Positions 17,981-28,177 are shown, numbered from the stretch's first letter. The stretch: DNA of 55,496 nt from Deltaproteobacteria bacterium (GCA_002687015.1 NYZB01000189.1:1-55496), one strand, 5' to 3'. Notes: generated by a model from the letters alone, not told the origin. Numbers and translations: made by a program.

Positions 17981-18963
17981 GCTCCGCCGCCCCCGGCACG
18001 CCCGCCGAGCCCGATGCGAAGCGATCGCGGGACCGCGACGCACCCTGGGCGCGGACGGCGGAGGCGGGGACCTCCATCGCCATCCGGATCATGAGGGGGC
18101 TGTACCGCCTGCTCGGCCGGCGTCTCTCCAGCGCGCTCATGTGGCCCATCGCCCTCTACTTCACGGTCGTCGGCCGGGAGCACCGCCGAGCCCATCGGCG
18201 CTACATCGAGGCCCTGCGCTCGACGCCCCGGGGCCGAGACGTCGGGCCGCCTCACTTCGGCTCCGCGCTGGCGCACGTCCACGCCTTCGCCATCAACCTC
18301 TTCGATCGCATGGTGGCCTGGGGTGGCGGTCTCGACGACATCCGCTTCATCCACCAGGGCAGTGAGCACCTGTTCCGGCTCGCCGAGGAGAAGCGGGGCG
18401 CCATCCTGATCGGCTCCCATCTCGGCAGCTTCGACATGATGCGGCTGCTCGCCGGGCGCCACGGTCTCGTGGTGAACGTGCTCATGTTCACGAAGAACGC
18501 CGAGCGGATCACCGCCTTCCTGCACAACCTGGATCCCGAGAGCCGGGTGCGGGTGATCGCACTCGATCCCTCCAGCATGCGCACCGCCTTCGAGATCAAG
18601 CAGTGCCTCGACCGCGGCGAATTCGTGGGGATCCTGGGCGACCGCATCTGGCCCGCCGACCGGGCCCATCGCGAGCTGCTGCCCTTCTTCGGGCAGCCCG
18701 CGCCCTTCTCCCTGCGTCCCTTCCTCCTGGCCGGCGTCCTGGGGGCGCCCCTGCTCTTTGCCGTCTGCGTGCGCCGCGGGCCATCGACCTACGAGGCGGC
18801 GGTCGAGGTCCTGCATCCGGGCGGCCAGGTCCCTCGGGCCGCGCGCGAGGCCCGCGCTCGCGAATGGCTGCAAGGCTACGTGGCGAGCCTCGAACACTGG
18901 TGCGGCGAGGAGCCCCTGCAGTGGTTCAACTTCTACGACACCTGGCAGGTGGAGGACGCCTGA
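17977..18963 (+). CDS. LpxL/LpxP-family acyltransferase (ApeJ C-terminal half-like)
   Basis: GSHLGSFD (HxxxxD), ILGDR, PLQWFNFYDTW; GTGA coupling. Confidence 0.85.
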   Translation: MSSAAPGTPAEPDAKRSRDRDAPWARTAEAGTSIAIRIMRGLYRLLGRRLSSALMWPIALYFTVVGREHRRAHRRYIEALRSTPRGRDVGPPHFGSALAHVHAFAINLFDRMVAWGGGLDDIRFIHQGSEHLFRLAEEKRGAILIGSHLGSFDMMRLLAGRHGLVVNVLMFTKNAERITAFLHNLDPESRVRVIALDPSSMRTAFEIKQCLDRGEFVGILGDRIWPADRAHRELLPFFGQPAPFSLRPFLLAGVLGAPLLFAVCVRRGPSTYEAAVEVLHPGGQVPRAAREARAREWLQGYVASLEHWCGEEPLQWFNFYDTWQVEDA

Positions 18964-18966
18964 GCC

Positions 18967-19449
18967 GTGGACTTCCCCCCGCTCGCGAGCGTGGTGCCCC
19001 ACGCCCCGCCGATGCTGCTCCTGGATCGGGTGCTGGCGCACACCGCGACCGAGACCACCTGTGCCCTGCGCCCCGCGGAGAGCGCGCTCTTCGCCGACGG
19101 CGAGGGCCGCATCCCCGCCTACCTGAGCCTCGAGTGGATGGCCCAGTGCATCGCCGCGCACGGAGGCCTCCACGGCCACGCCGAGGGCTCGCCCCCGCGC
19201 CCGGGTCTGTTCCTCGGCACGCGCCGGGCTCGCCTGCCCGGCCGGAGCTTCCCGCCCGAAGGGGAGCTCCTGGTGTCGGCCCGCTGGCACCACGGTCGGG
19301 GGGTGGGAGCTCACGCGTTCGCCTGTACGCTGCGGGCACCCGGAGAGTCCGGGAGCCTCGCGGAGGGCCTGCTCAACGTGCTGATCTTCGAGAGCCTCGA
19401 CGCGCTGCAAGGGCCTGCGTCCGGGGCCGGCGATCCGACGTGGCGCTGA
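18967..19449 (+). CDS. hotdog-fold 3-hydroxyacyl-ACP dehydratase, ApeP-like
   Basis: VPHAPPMLLLDRV, LEWMAQCIAA, GLFLGTR. Confidence 0.85.
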   Translation: MDFPPLASVVPHAPPMLLLDRVLAHTATETTCALRPAESALFADGEGRIPAYLSLEWMAQCIAAHGGLHGHAEGSPPRPGLFLGTRRARLPGRSFPPEGELLVSARWHHGRGVGAHAFACTLRAPGESGSLAEGLLNVLIFESLDALQGPASGAGDPTWR

Positions 19450-20195
19450 GGCGTCGCGCGGCTGCAGCCGGCCCGCGCAGGGTGCTCGTGACGGGGGCGA
19501 GCGGCGGCATCGGCCGCGCCGTGTCCGTGGCCCTGGCGGCCGCCGGCTTTCCCGTCGTGGCCCACTACGGGAGCCGGGCCGAGAAGGCGGAGGAGACCGT
19601 GGCCGCCTGTGAGGGGGCCGGTGGCTCGGCCCGCGCCCTGGGCTTCGACGTGGCCGACCGCGGCGCCAGCGCCCAGGCCCTGGCCGCCGAGGTGGAGGCG
19701 GAGGGCCCCTTCTACGGCGTCGTCGCCAACGCCGGCGTCCACCAGGACGCCGCCTTCCCCGCGATGGGCCCCGAGGCCTGGGACCGGGTGCTGTGCACGA
19801 ACCTGGATGCCTTCCATCACGTGGTCCAACCCCTGGTGCTTCCGATGGTGCGGGCGCGCCGCGGGGGCCGGATCGTCGTGATGTCCTCGGTCAGCGGGTT
19901 GCGGGGCAACCGCGGGCAGGTGAACTACGCCGCCTCCAAGGCAGGGCTGATTGGCGCGGCGAAGGCCCTGGCCCTGGAGCTGGCCAGCCGGGAGATCACG
20001 GTCAACGCTGTGGCGCCCGGACTCATCGAGACGGAGATGACGAGCGAGGTCCCTGTCGAGGCCCTGCGCGCGATGATCCCGGCCCAGCGGCTCGGTACGC
20101 CCGAGGACGTGGCGGCGGCGGTGGCGTTTCTCTTCTCCGACGGCGCGTCCTATGTTACGGGGCAGGTGCTCTCGGTGGATGGGGGCATGACCTAG
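19440..20195 (+). CDS. fabG: 3-oxoacyl-ACP reductase, ApeQ-like
   Basis: TGASGGIG, NAG, GNRGQVNYAASK (YxxxK), VAPGLIETEM. Confidence 0.93.
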   Translation: MALRRRAAAAGPRRVLVTGASGGIGRAVSVALAAAGFPVVAHYGSRAEKAEETVAACEGAGGSARALGFDVADRGASAQALAAEVEAEGPFYGVVANAGVHQDAAFPAMGPEAWDRVLCTNLDAFHHVVQPLVLPMVRARRGGRIVVMSSVSGLRGNRGQVNYAASKAGLIGAAKALALELASREITVNAVAPGLIETEMTSEVPVEALRAMIPAQRLGTPEDVAAAVAFLFSDGASYVTGQVLSVDGGMT

Positions 20196-20220
20196 GGGCG
20201 GGAGCCCGCTGGAGGAGTGC

Positions 20221-21771
20221 GTGAAGCTCGACGTAGCCATCCTGGGTGCCGGCATGGGTGGCGGCCTGCTCGCGCGCCAGCTCGCTCGCGAGATGCCCGG
20301 CCAGCGGATCGGGGTCTTCGACAAGGACACCGAGACCTCGTACAAGGTCGGCGAGTCGACCGTCGAGATCGGCAGCTCCTACATGATCCGCAGGGTCGGT
20401 CTCTCCCGCTACCTCTACGAGAACCACCTTCCCAAGAACGGCCTCCGCTACTTCTTCGACGACGAGAACAAGAGCGCCGAGCTCACGGAGATGAGCGAGA
20501 TCGGCACGATCAATCTCCCCTTCCATCCGGCCTTCCAGGTGGACCGGGCGCGTCTCGACGCCGATCTCCAGGACATGAACCAGCGGGCCGGGATCGGCGT
20601 GCACCTCGGCGCGCGGGTGACGGATCTCGAGCTCGGGAGCGACGGCGCCGCGCATCGCTTCCGGATCGAGAGGGAGGGTCGAAGCGACCAGGTCGAGTGC
20701 CGCTGGCTGCTCGACGCGACGGGCCGCGCCGCGCTGCTCTCCCGCGCCCTCGGGCTCAGGGTTCGCGACGAGACGCACCGCCTCCATTCGGTCTGGGGGC
20801 GCTTCGAGGGCGTCGCCGACGTCGACGACTGGGGGGACCCGGCCTTCACCGCGCGGGTCCGTCACACCAGCCGCGGCATCTCCACGATCCACTTCTGCTA
20901 CCCGGGCTACTGGATCTGGTTCATCCCGCTGGGCGGCGGGGTCACGAGCATCGGTTTCGTGGGAGAGCCGCCGGTGGATCCCGCGTCGATGCGAAGCGAG
21001 GCGGGCTTCCGGGCCTTCCTCGAATCGCATCGGGCGATCGCCTCGCTGCTGACCCATGCCAAGCCCATCGACACGGCCTCCCTCAAGAACTTCACCTATG
21101 GCACGCGGCGCTTCTTCTCGCGGGATCGCTGGGGTCTGATCGGCGAAGCGGCGGCCTTCGGCGACCCTCTCTACAGCCCGGGCGCGGACTTCATCGCCAT
21201 CGAGAACGACTTCCTCTGCGATCTGGTGCGCCGCGATCTGGGGGGCGAGGCGGACGACGAGGTGGCCCGGCGGGTCGACCTCTACGACGACTTCATGGCC
21301 TTCCGCTACGAGGCAGCGATGCGCCTCTACCGCGGCCTCTACGGCATGCTCGGCAGCTACGAGTTGATGCGCCTCAAGTGGGACTTCGACATCGGCTGCT
21401 ACTACAACCTCTGGGTCGACCCCTACCTCAAGGACCAGTACCTCGACGAGCGCTTCGTGCGCCGCCAGGTGCGCCAGCAGCGCTTCGTGCTCCAGGCGCT
21501 GCAGAACTTCGCCGAGCTCTTCCAGCAGACCGAAGCCCATCTTCGGAAGAAGGGCGAGTACTACCGGAACAACCTGGGCCTCTTCGCCTACGGCCTCGAG
21601 AACATCGACTTCGTCGAGGAGGTGGGCCTGCCGCGCACCCAGCGGGTCGTGCTCGAGAAGACCGCCGAGATCTTCAACGGCGTTCGCCGGCGCGGCCTTG
21701 CGCTACAGGAGCGGGAAGCGCAGGAGAACCTCGCGCTCACGACGATGATGACGCCCCGTCCGCTCGTCTGA
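20221..21771 (+). CDS. flavin-dependent halogenase-family protein (halogenase-like 2)
   Basis: GAGMGG, KVGESTVE, Lys in HLPKNGLRYFF, WIWFIP (WxWxIP), GEAAAFGDPLYSPGADF; GGAGG RBS. Confidence 0.8.
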   Translation: MKLDVAILGAGMGGGLLARQLAREMPGQRIGVFDKDTETSYKVGESTVEIGSSYMIRRVGLSRYLYENHLPKNGLRYFFDDENKSAELTEMSEIGTINLPFHPAFQVDRARLDADLQDMNQRAGIGVHLGARVTDLELGSDGAAHRFRIEREGRSDQVECRWLLDATGRAALLSRALGLRVRDETHRLHSVWGRFEGVADVDDWGDPAFTARVRHTSRGISTIHFCYPGYWIWFIPLGGGVTSIGFVGEPPVDPASMRSEAGFRAFLESHRAIASLLTHAKPIDTASLKNFTYGTRRFFSRDRWGLIGEAAAFGDPLYSPGADFIAIENDFLCDLVRRDLGGEADDEVARRVDLYDDFMAFRYEAAMRLYRGLYGMLGSYELMRLKWDFDIGCYYNLWVDPYLKDQYLDERFVRRQVRQQRFVLQALQNFAELFQQTEAHLRKKGEYYRNNLGLFAYGLENIDFVEEVGLPRTQRVVLEKTAEIFNGVRRRGLALQEREAQENLALTTMMTPRPLV

Positions 21772-21795
21772 CGCCGGTGGCGTTTCCCCGATCCC

Positions 21796-22518
21796 ATGGT
21801 CCACCGCCATCCCTTTCGGCAGCCGCCGCCGCCCGTGGTCGGGCTGGTCTTCCTCGGACTGGTCGCGGTGGCGGCCTATCCCTTCCTCCTCGAATGGGGG
21901 GTCGCGCGCTTCGGTGTCCGCGCCGTGGCCCTCACCCTGCTCCTGAGTGGTGGGGCCGGCCTGGCCTGGCGCTGGGGCCGCATCCAGGCGCCCGCCCTGC
22001 GTCCCACGCAGCTCGCGATCCTCGCCCTGCTCGCCCTGTCGGCGGCGTGGGCGACGCGCGGACCGCTGCTCTACGTCCCCGCCGCGATCCAGCTGGGCCT
22101 GGCGGCCTACTTCCTCCTCGGCCTGCGCGAGGAAGACTCGGTCGTCGAACGCATGGCCCACTTCATGCAGCCCTGGCTGCCCGATTGGGTGCGGCCCTAC
22201 TGCCGCGTGGTGACGGGTCTCTGGGCGGCCTTCTTCGTCGTCAATGCGGCTGCGATCGTCGCACTCGCCGCCTCCGGAGACCTGGCGCGCTGGCAGGCCT
22301 GGACCGGGGTCGGGCTCTACCTGACCGCCGCCGGTCTGCAGCTGCTCGAGTCCGTGTTTCGCAAGACCTGGTTTCGCGCCTTCGACGAGGGACCCGTGGA
22401 CCGGGTCTTCCGGCGGCTCTTCCCTCCGGAGCACACCGCCCGGGGGCGTCGCTCGATGGCGTACATTGCCCACATGCGGGTCGAGCTCGGCATGGACCCG
22501 CCGGGCGGCCCGAGATGA
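21796..22518 (+). CDS. membrane protein, COG4648/ApeG-like
   Basis: Multiple TM segments; AYPF, VERMAH, YCRVVTGLWAAFF, WTGVGLY pattern typical of the APE membrane protein. Confidence 0.7.
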   Translation: MVHRHPFRQPPPPVVGLVFLGLVAVAAYPFLLEWGVARFGVRAVALTLLLSGGAGLAWRWGRIQAPALRPTQLAILALLALSAAWATRGPLLYVPAAIQLGLAAYFLLGLREEDSVVERMAHFMQPWLPDWVRPYCRVVTGLWAAFFVVNAAAIVALAASGDLARWQAWTGVGLYLTAAGLQLLESVFRKTWFRAFDEGPVDRVFRRLFPPEHTARGRRSMAYIAHMRVELGMDPPGGPR

Positions 22519-23750
22519 GCGAGCGACGCGTCGTCGTCACGGGCGCAGCCGGCGTGTGCGGCCTGGGCAACGATTGGGCCCAGGTCGGCGAGGGGCTGCG
22601 CCGGGGGCGTTCGGGGATCGCGCCCTGGCCGCCCCTCGACACGGTGGAGGGGATGCGTACCCGTCTGGGAGGCGCCGTCGACGAGCCGCCCCTGCCCGCG
22701 GATGCCCCGCGCAAGAAGCTGCGCGGCATGGGCCGGGTCTCGCGGCTGGCGACCTGGGCTGTTGGTGAAGCCATCGCCGCATCCGGTCTGGAGCAGAGCC
22801 TGCTCTCGGGCGGCAGGACCGGCCTGGCCTTCGGCTCGACCTCGGGAAGCCCGCCCGACATGGTCACCTTCGCGCTCGCCTACGGTGCTGAGCGGCGTCA
22901 AAAGGGCATCACGCCGATGAACTACGTGAAGCTCATGAGTCACACCTGCGCGGCCAACCTGGCCCAGTACTTCGAGGTGCGCGGCACTGTCCTCGCCACG
23001 ACCAGTGCCTGCACCTCCGGGAGCCAGGCGATCGGCAGCGGCTACGAGCAGATCCGCTTCGGCCGGCAGGAGGTCATGGTGTGCGGAGGCGCCGAGGAGC
23101 TCCACGAGATCGAGGTGGGGGTCTTCGACATGATGTTCGCCACCTCGACCCGCAACGAGGCCCCCACCGAGACCCCGAGGCCCTTCGACGTGGACCGGGA
23201 CGGGCTCGTCGTCGCCGAGGGCGCGGGCGCCCTGGTGCTGGAATCCCTCGACCATGCGCGGGAACGGGGCGCACCCATCCTGGGCGAACTGCTCGGCTAC
23301 GCCACCAACTGCGACGGAGCCCATCTGACCGCGCCGGATCCCGCCGGCATGGAGGCCGCCATGTGCGCGGGCCTTGCCGACGCCGGCATCTCCGCGGATC
23401 GCGTCGACTACGTCTGCGCCCACGCCACCGCGACCGAAGCGGGCGACGTGGCCGAGAGCCATGCCATGGCGCGGGCCTATGGGGGTCACACGCCGGTGAG
23501 CTCCCTCAAGGGTCACCTCGGCCACAGCCTCGGAGCCTGTGGCGCCCTGGAGGCGTGGATGACCCTCGAGATGATGCGCGAGGGCTGGGTTGCGCCCACC
23601 CACAACCTGGAGCGCGTCGACCCGGCCTGCGCGCAGCTCGACTACGTGATGGGCGGACCCCGCGAGGCCGCCCTCGAGATTGCCGTCAGCAACAACTCCG
23701 CCTTCGGCGGGATCAACACGTCGCTGGTGTTCGGGCGATTCGAGAGCTGA
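22515..23750 (+). CDS. beta-ketoacyl-ACP synthase (FabF-like, ApeR-like)
   Basis: Cys-His-His triad: TSACTSG, AHATAT, KGHLGHSLGA; ends AFGGINTSL; ATGA coupling. Confidence 0.93.
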   Translation: MSERRVVVTGAAGVCGLGNDWAQVGEGLRRGRSGIAPWPPLDTVEGMRTRLGGAVDEPPLPADAPRKKLRGMGRVSRLATWAVGEAIAASGLEQSLLSGGRTGLAFGSTSGSPPDMVTFALAYGAERRQKGITPMNYVKLMSHTCAANLAQYFEVRGTVLATTSACTSGSQAIGSGYEQIRFGRQEVMVCGGAEELHEIEVGVFDMMFATSTRNEAPTETPRPFDVDRDGLVVAEGAGALVLESLDHARERGAPILGELLGYATNCDGAHLTAPDPAGMEAAMCAGLADAGISADRVDYVCAHATATEAGDVAESHAMARAYGGHTPVSSLKGHLGHSLGACGALEAWMTLEMMREGWVAPTHNLERVDPACAQLDYVMGGPREAALEIAVSNNSAFGGINTSLVFGRFES

Positions 23751-23790
23751 GCCGCCGGGGAGCCCGGTCGAGACGAAGGCCCCGCTCCCC

Positions 23791-25035
23791 TCAGAGATCC
23801 TCACGCAGGGCCGTCGAGGTGTCGATCTCGCGAATCCGCCGCGCCGGGAGCACGGCGGAGACGATGGCGACGCCGAGGATCGCGGCGACCGTGACCACGA
23901 CGACCGCGCCCGAGAGGATCGGCTTCGGCAGGGTCTCCGGGGTCCATCGCACCAGGGCGGCACACAGGCCCAGGCCGAGGGCCACGCCGCCGAGGGTCGC
24001 TGCGCCCGAGACCAGCGCGCTCTCCAGGAGGGTCTGCCGGACCAGCCAGCGGTGTCTCGCTCCCACGGCCTTGGCGACGGCGATCTCGGCGCTGCGTTCG
24101 GCGAGGATCGCCAGGTGGTAGTTGGCGATGCCCACGGCTCCGATCAGCAGGGTGATCAGGCCCGCAAACCCGATGAAGCCCGCAAAGCCCGCGTGGAAGA
24201 GCTCGATCAGGTCGAGGAACCGGGCCAGGTCGAACCACATGAAGGCGTCTTCGTCCTCGGCGTGGAAGCCGGCTCGCGGGCCCAGCACGCGGAGCGTGGC
24301 GGCCACGGCCTCCTCGGTGCCCACGCCGGGGCGCGGGAACACCAGGAGGTTTCCCACCGCCTCCTCGTCATAGCCCAGCGAGCCCTCTGCGGTGGTGATG
24401 GGGACCATCAGCATCCGGTTGTCGGGCCGGTTCGTGTTCATGTACTGCCGGCCCTTCTTCGCGGCGACACCCAGCACGCGGAAGGGATGCCCCTCGATCC
24501 GCAGGATCGCTCCCACGGCGGCGAGGGGACTTCCGAAGAGATCGACGGCGGCGTCGTGGCCCAGGACCGCGACCGGCCGGCGCCGTGCCACGTCCGCGCG
24601 ATCGAAGAAGCGACCCTGGGCGATGTCGAAGTTCCGGTAGCCCGCCCAGCGTTGGTCCACACCCGTCAGGTCGAGGCGTCGTGTCCGCGGCCCCACGTCG
24701 ACGAGGGCTCGACCCCGCGACATCTGCTGGGGAAGCACGGCCTCGATCTGGTGCGCAGCACCGCGCTCGACTGCAGCCGCGTCCCGACGGGATACGCGGA
24801 CCGGCAGACCCTTGCGGAAGCCCGGGAATCCCGAAGAGGTCGCCGCCGGGTACATCATCACGAAGCTCTGACCGAAGCTCCCGAGCTCGCCGTGCATGTA
24901 GGTGCGGAACCCCTCCCCCCAGGAGAGCAGCAGGATCACGGCCGCCGTGCCCCAGAAGACGCCGAGAGAGGAGGCCAGGGCCCGTCCCGGATGCTCGGCC
25001 AGGGCCTCGACGGCCATCCGCAGGCGCTCGCTCAC
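23791..25035 (-). CDS. MacB/FtsX-like ABC transporter permease
   Basis: One N-terminal TM, periplasmic GRFFD segment, three C-terminal TMs, ERSAEIAVAKAVGA. Confidence 0.88.
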   Translation of the reverse strand: MSERLRMAVEALAEHPGRALASSLGVFWGTAAVILLLSWGEGFRTYMHGELGSFGQSFVMMYPAATSSGFPGFRKGLPVRVSRRDAAAVERGAAHQIEAVLPQQMSRGRALVDVGPRTRRLDLTGVDQRWAGYRNFDIAQGRFFDRADVARRRPVAVLGHDAAVDLFGSPLAAVGAILRIEGHPFRVLGVAAKKGRQYMNTNRPDNRMLMVPITTAEGSLGYDEEAVGNLLVFPRPGVGTEEAVAATLRVLGPRAGFHAEDEDAFMWFDLARFLDLIELFHAGFAGFIGFAGLITLLIGAVGIANYHLAILAERSAEIAVAKAVGARHRWLVRQTLLESALVSGAATLGGVALGLGLCAALVRWTPETLPKPILSGAVVVVTVAAILGVAIVSAVLPARRIREIDTSTALREDL

Positions 25036-26303
25036 GAGACGCGCAGCGCCGCCGAGGGGTCGACCCTGCCGGCGATCCGGGCGGGGCCGAGGGCCGCCCC
25101 GAAGCCCACGAGGGAGAGGACCAGGATCGTCGTGAGCAGCACCCCGGACGAGATCTGTGGGTCGGGCACCGCGGGCGGAAGGGGGAGCGCCGAGATGGCG
25201 AAGCAGATGCCGACCGCCAGTACGATGCCGGCGAGGCCGCCGCCGAAGACGATCGCCAGGGTCTCGGCCACGATCTGGAGGAGGAGATCGCTCCGCCGTG
25301 CACCGCAGGCGCGCCGCATGGCGAGCTCACGGCGCCTCCCGTTCACGAGCGCGACCATCAGGTTCGCTACGCCCACGCCCGAGAGGGCGAGGGTGAGGGT
25401 TCCGACCAGACCGAGCAGCAGCTCGAGCGCCACGAAGACGTTGCGGATCCCCCCGATCATGTCCGGGACCCGATCGAAGCGGAGCGCCTCGTCGTCGCCC
25501 GGCACCAGGCGATGGCGAGGGCCCAGGGCGTGCCAGACGTCTCGCTCCAAGGCCTCGGTCTCGGCGATGCGCAGGGGCTCGAGGTAGACGCGGTCGATCT
25601 CGTCGCCCCGACCGGCGACCCGCTGGCCGGCCGAGAGCGGCACGAAGGCCATGTTGTCGTGGAGGTCCATGTTCGTCATGAGCTGGAAGCCCTTCTCCTC
25701 GAGGATTCCCACCACCCGGAAGGCGCTTCCTGCGATCCGCACCGACTCGCCCAGGGCGCGACCATCCGGAAACAGGACGCGCGCCAGCGCGGCGCCGAGC
25801 ACCGCGACCCTGCGGGCTTCGGCTTCGTCCCGCTCGTCCAGATAGCGGCCTCGCGCGACGTGGTGGTTCCGGATTCCGGCCAGATCGGAGTGGGCGGCGG
25901 AGACGATCGTGGCCCTCGTCTTGGCTCGGCTCTCGGCGGTGGTCGCCATCAGGATCTCACCGGCGGCGAGGGCCACGCGCGGGCTCGCAGCGCGGATCCG
26001 CTGCACGTCCTCCCTCTCCAATCGGATCGGGCGCCCCGGACGAAGGCCGCCGTTCTCGGCGGTCGTGTACTCGCCTTCCACCGCGGTCCAGCGCGCTCCG
26101 GTCTTCTCGACACCGAGATCGAGGAAGCCCATGAAGCCGGTACCCAGGGCCAGCAGCAGCACCACGCTGGCGCTTCCCCAGACCAGGCCCACGAAGGTCA
26201 AGAGGTGCCGGCGCCAGTCTTCCCGGATCTCCAGGGCTGCATCCTCGAGCAGCACGGGGAAGAGCCTCAGGGCCCGGCGCCAGCGGGCGCCGCCCCCGTT
26301 CAC
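25032..26303 (-). CDS. MacB/FtsX-like ABC transporter permease
   Basis: Same topology; GVGVANLM, RRRELAMRRACGA. Confidence 0.88.
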   Translation of the reverse strand: MNGGGARWRRALRLFPVLLEDAALEIREDWRRHLLTFVGLVWGSASVVLLLALGTGFMGFLDLGVEKTGARWTAVEGEYTTAENGGLRPGRPIRLEREDVQRIRAASPRVALAAGEILMATTAESRAKTRATIVSAAHSDLAGIRNHHVARGRYLDERDEAEARRVAVLGAALARVLFPDGRALGESVRIAGSAFRVVGILEEKGFQLMTNMDLHDNMAFVPLSAGQRVAGRGDEIDRVYLEPLRIAETEALERDVWHALGPRHRLVPGDDEALRFDRVPDMIGGIRNVFVALELLLGLVGTLTLALSGVGVANLMVALVNGRRRELAMRRACGARRSDLLLQIVAETLAIVFGGGLAGIVLAVGICFAISALPLPPAVPDPQISSGVLLTTILVLSLVGFGAALGPARIAGRVDPSAALRVS

Positions 26304-26977
26304 GCTGCGATCCCCGTCACCCGACCGTCGCGGAGCCGGATCACGCGACCGGCTCGTGCGGCCACCTCGTCACTGTGGGTGACGACGACCAGGGTTCGTC
26401 CCTCGGCGTGAAGGGCCTCGAAGAGCGCCAGGATCTCCCCACTCGTGGCTTCGTCCAGGTTCCCCGTGGGCTCGTCGGCCAGGATCACGCGCGGCTCGTT
26501 CACGAGGGCTCGCGCGATCGCGACCCGCTGGCGCTCTCCGCCCGAGAGCTGGGCTGGACGATGGTGGATTCGATGACCAAGGCCGACACGTTCGAGCAGG
26601 AGGCGCGCGCGGTCTTCTCGCTCGGCGCGGGCCACGCCGGCGTACAGGAGCGGCAGGGCCGCATTGCGAAGCGCACTCATCCTGGGCATCAGGTTGAAGG
26701 TCTGGAACACGAAGCCGAGGCGCTGCGCGCGGAGGTCGGCCAGCGCGTCGTCGCTCCAATCCTCCACGGGCTCGTCCTCGAAGCAGATGCTGCCCTCGCT
26801 CGGGCGCGACAGGGCGCCCAGGATCTCGAGGCAGGTCGTCTTGCCGGAGCCGGAGGGACCCATGATCGCGAGGAACTCGCCGGCTTCGATCGCCAGGTCC
26901 ACCCCGCGCAGGATCTCCACCTCCTGCTCTCCGAGGCGGAAGCGCTTGCGAACCTGCCGGAGGGCGAGGAGGCTCAT
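26300..26977 (-). CDS. ABC transporter ATP-binding protein (MacB/LolD family)
   Basis: [32 protein letters not shown]. Confidence 0.95.
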   Translation of the reverse strand: MSLLALRQVRKRFRLGEQEVEILRGVDLAIEAGEFLAIMGPSGSGKTTCLEILGALSRPSEGSICFEDEPVEDWSDDALADLRAQRLGFVFQTFNLMPRMSALRNAALPLLYAGVARAEREDRARLLLERVGLGHRIHHRPAQLSGGERQRVAIARALVNEPRVILADEPTGNLDEATSGEILALFEALHAEGRTLVVVTHSDEVAARAGRVIRLRDGRVTGIAA

Positions 26978-28164
26978 CCCGCGCTCTCCGGAACCTCGAG
27001 CAGGACCAGGTCTCCCTCTTCGAGGCCGGTCCGGATCACGGTGTGGAAGCCGTCGCTGGCGCCCTCTTCGATGCGCACCCACTCCTCTCCGCTCCTGCCC
27101 GAGATCCCGCGTCGGACGCGCGGCCCGTCGCCATCGCGATCGATGGCGCCGTTGGGCACGAGCAGCACGTCGACGTGGCGTCCCACCTGGATCCGGGTGT
27201 CGGCCGACATGCCGACCCGCGCGCGGGGGTCGCGCACGAGCTCGATCTCGACCTCGAAGCTCGACACGCTGCCCTCGGCCCGTCCGGCCGAGGACACCTT
27301 GCGCACGTGGCCCACGAGGGCCTCCTCGGGAAAGGCGTCGACGCGGACTTCCACGCTCTGTCCCATCCGAACCGAAGCGACGTCGTTCTCATCCACCTCG
27401 GCCAGCACGTGCAGGCGCCGGTCGTCGGCGAGGGTCGCGACCACCGTCCCGCCATTCTGGAGATCGGCGACGGCCGTTCCCACCTCGACGGCCCGGCGCA
27501 CGACGACGCCCCCGATGGGGGAGCGGATGATCGCCTTCTCGACGTCGCGCCGCATTCGCCGCAGCGCGTTCTCCGCCTCCTCCACCGAAGCGCGCCGCGC
27601 CGCCTTCTCTGCTCGTGCATCCCCGAGCGCGATCTCGGCGAGTGAGGTGCGGTGCTCTTCCAGCTCCAGGGTCTCCTGCGAGGCGATGCCCCGGGCATGG
27701 AGCCCCTTCACCCGCGCGAGGTCGCGCCGGGCCTTGCGGAGCTCGATCCGGGCGCGTCCGACCAGGTCCATCCGCGCGCGGGCACGCCGCACCTCGAGGG
27801 CGGCCGCCATCTCGGCGACCCGGTCGAGGAGACGCTCGCGATCCAGCTCGACCAGGGGCTGGCCGGGCTCGACCCGATCGCCATCATCCACGTGGACCCG
27901 GGCGACGATGCCCGGGATCTCGGACTGGACCACGACCCTGGCGCTGGGCTCGAGGCTGCCGTTGGCGATGACCAGCTCGCGCAGGACGCCGCGCTCGACG
28001 GGCACGGCGTCCAGGCGGGAGGGCAGGTCCCCGTCGTCCGGCCCGAGCTCCGAGGTCAGGCCCAGGTAGGCCAGGGCCAGGAGAAGGAAGGTCGCTCCGA
28101 CGCCGAGGGCGGCTCTCGCGACCCGGCGCAGCGGGTCGGAGCCGCTCGTGTGTTCACTCGCCAT
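26974..28164 (-). CDS. MacA-like periplasmic adaptor (membrane fusion protein)
   Basis: N-terminal TM, lipoyl half-motifs (VDDGDRVEPGQ; IRSPIGGVV), coiled coil, VDENDV, GMSA. Confidence 0.9.
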   Translation of the reverse strand: MASEHTSGSDPLRRVARAALGVGATFLLLALAYLGLTSELGPDDGDLPSRLDAVPVERGVLRELVIANGSLEPSARVVVQSEIPGIVARVHVDDGDRVEPGQPLVELDRERLLDRVAEMAAALEVRRARARMDLVGRARIELRKARRDLARVKGLHARGIASQETLELEEHRTSLAEIALGDARAEKAARRASVEEAENALRRMRRDVEKAIIRSPIGGVVVRRAVEVGTAVADLQNGGTVVATLADDRRLHVLAEVDENDVASVRMGQSVEVRVDAFPEEALVGHVRKVSSAGRAEGSVSSFEVEIELVRDPRARVGMSADTRIQVGRHVDVLLVPNGAIDRDGDGPRVRRGISGRSGEEWVRIEEGASDGFHTVIRTGLEEGDLVLLEVPESAG

Positions 28165-28177
28165 GGCCAGGTGCCAG

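Noticed and set aside
23690-23720. Inactive KS suggested by NNSAFGG instead of NNFAFGG
   Set aside because: The Cys-His-His triad and the FGG gate Phe are intact; a single substitution is not enough evidence
4791-23750. Canonical flexirubin cluster
   Set aside because: No DarA/DarB (dialkylresorcinol cyclase and KSIII-like) genes seen; the core genes look proteobacterial APE-type
20217-23750. 1177-aa giant ketosynthase ORF
   Set aside because: The first 766 codons are an off-frame shadow over two real genes; the KS starts at the ATGA-coupled ATG 22515
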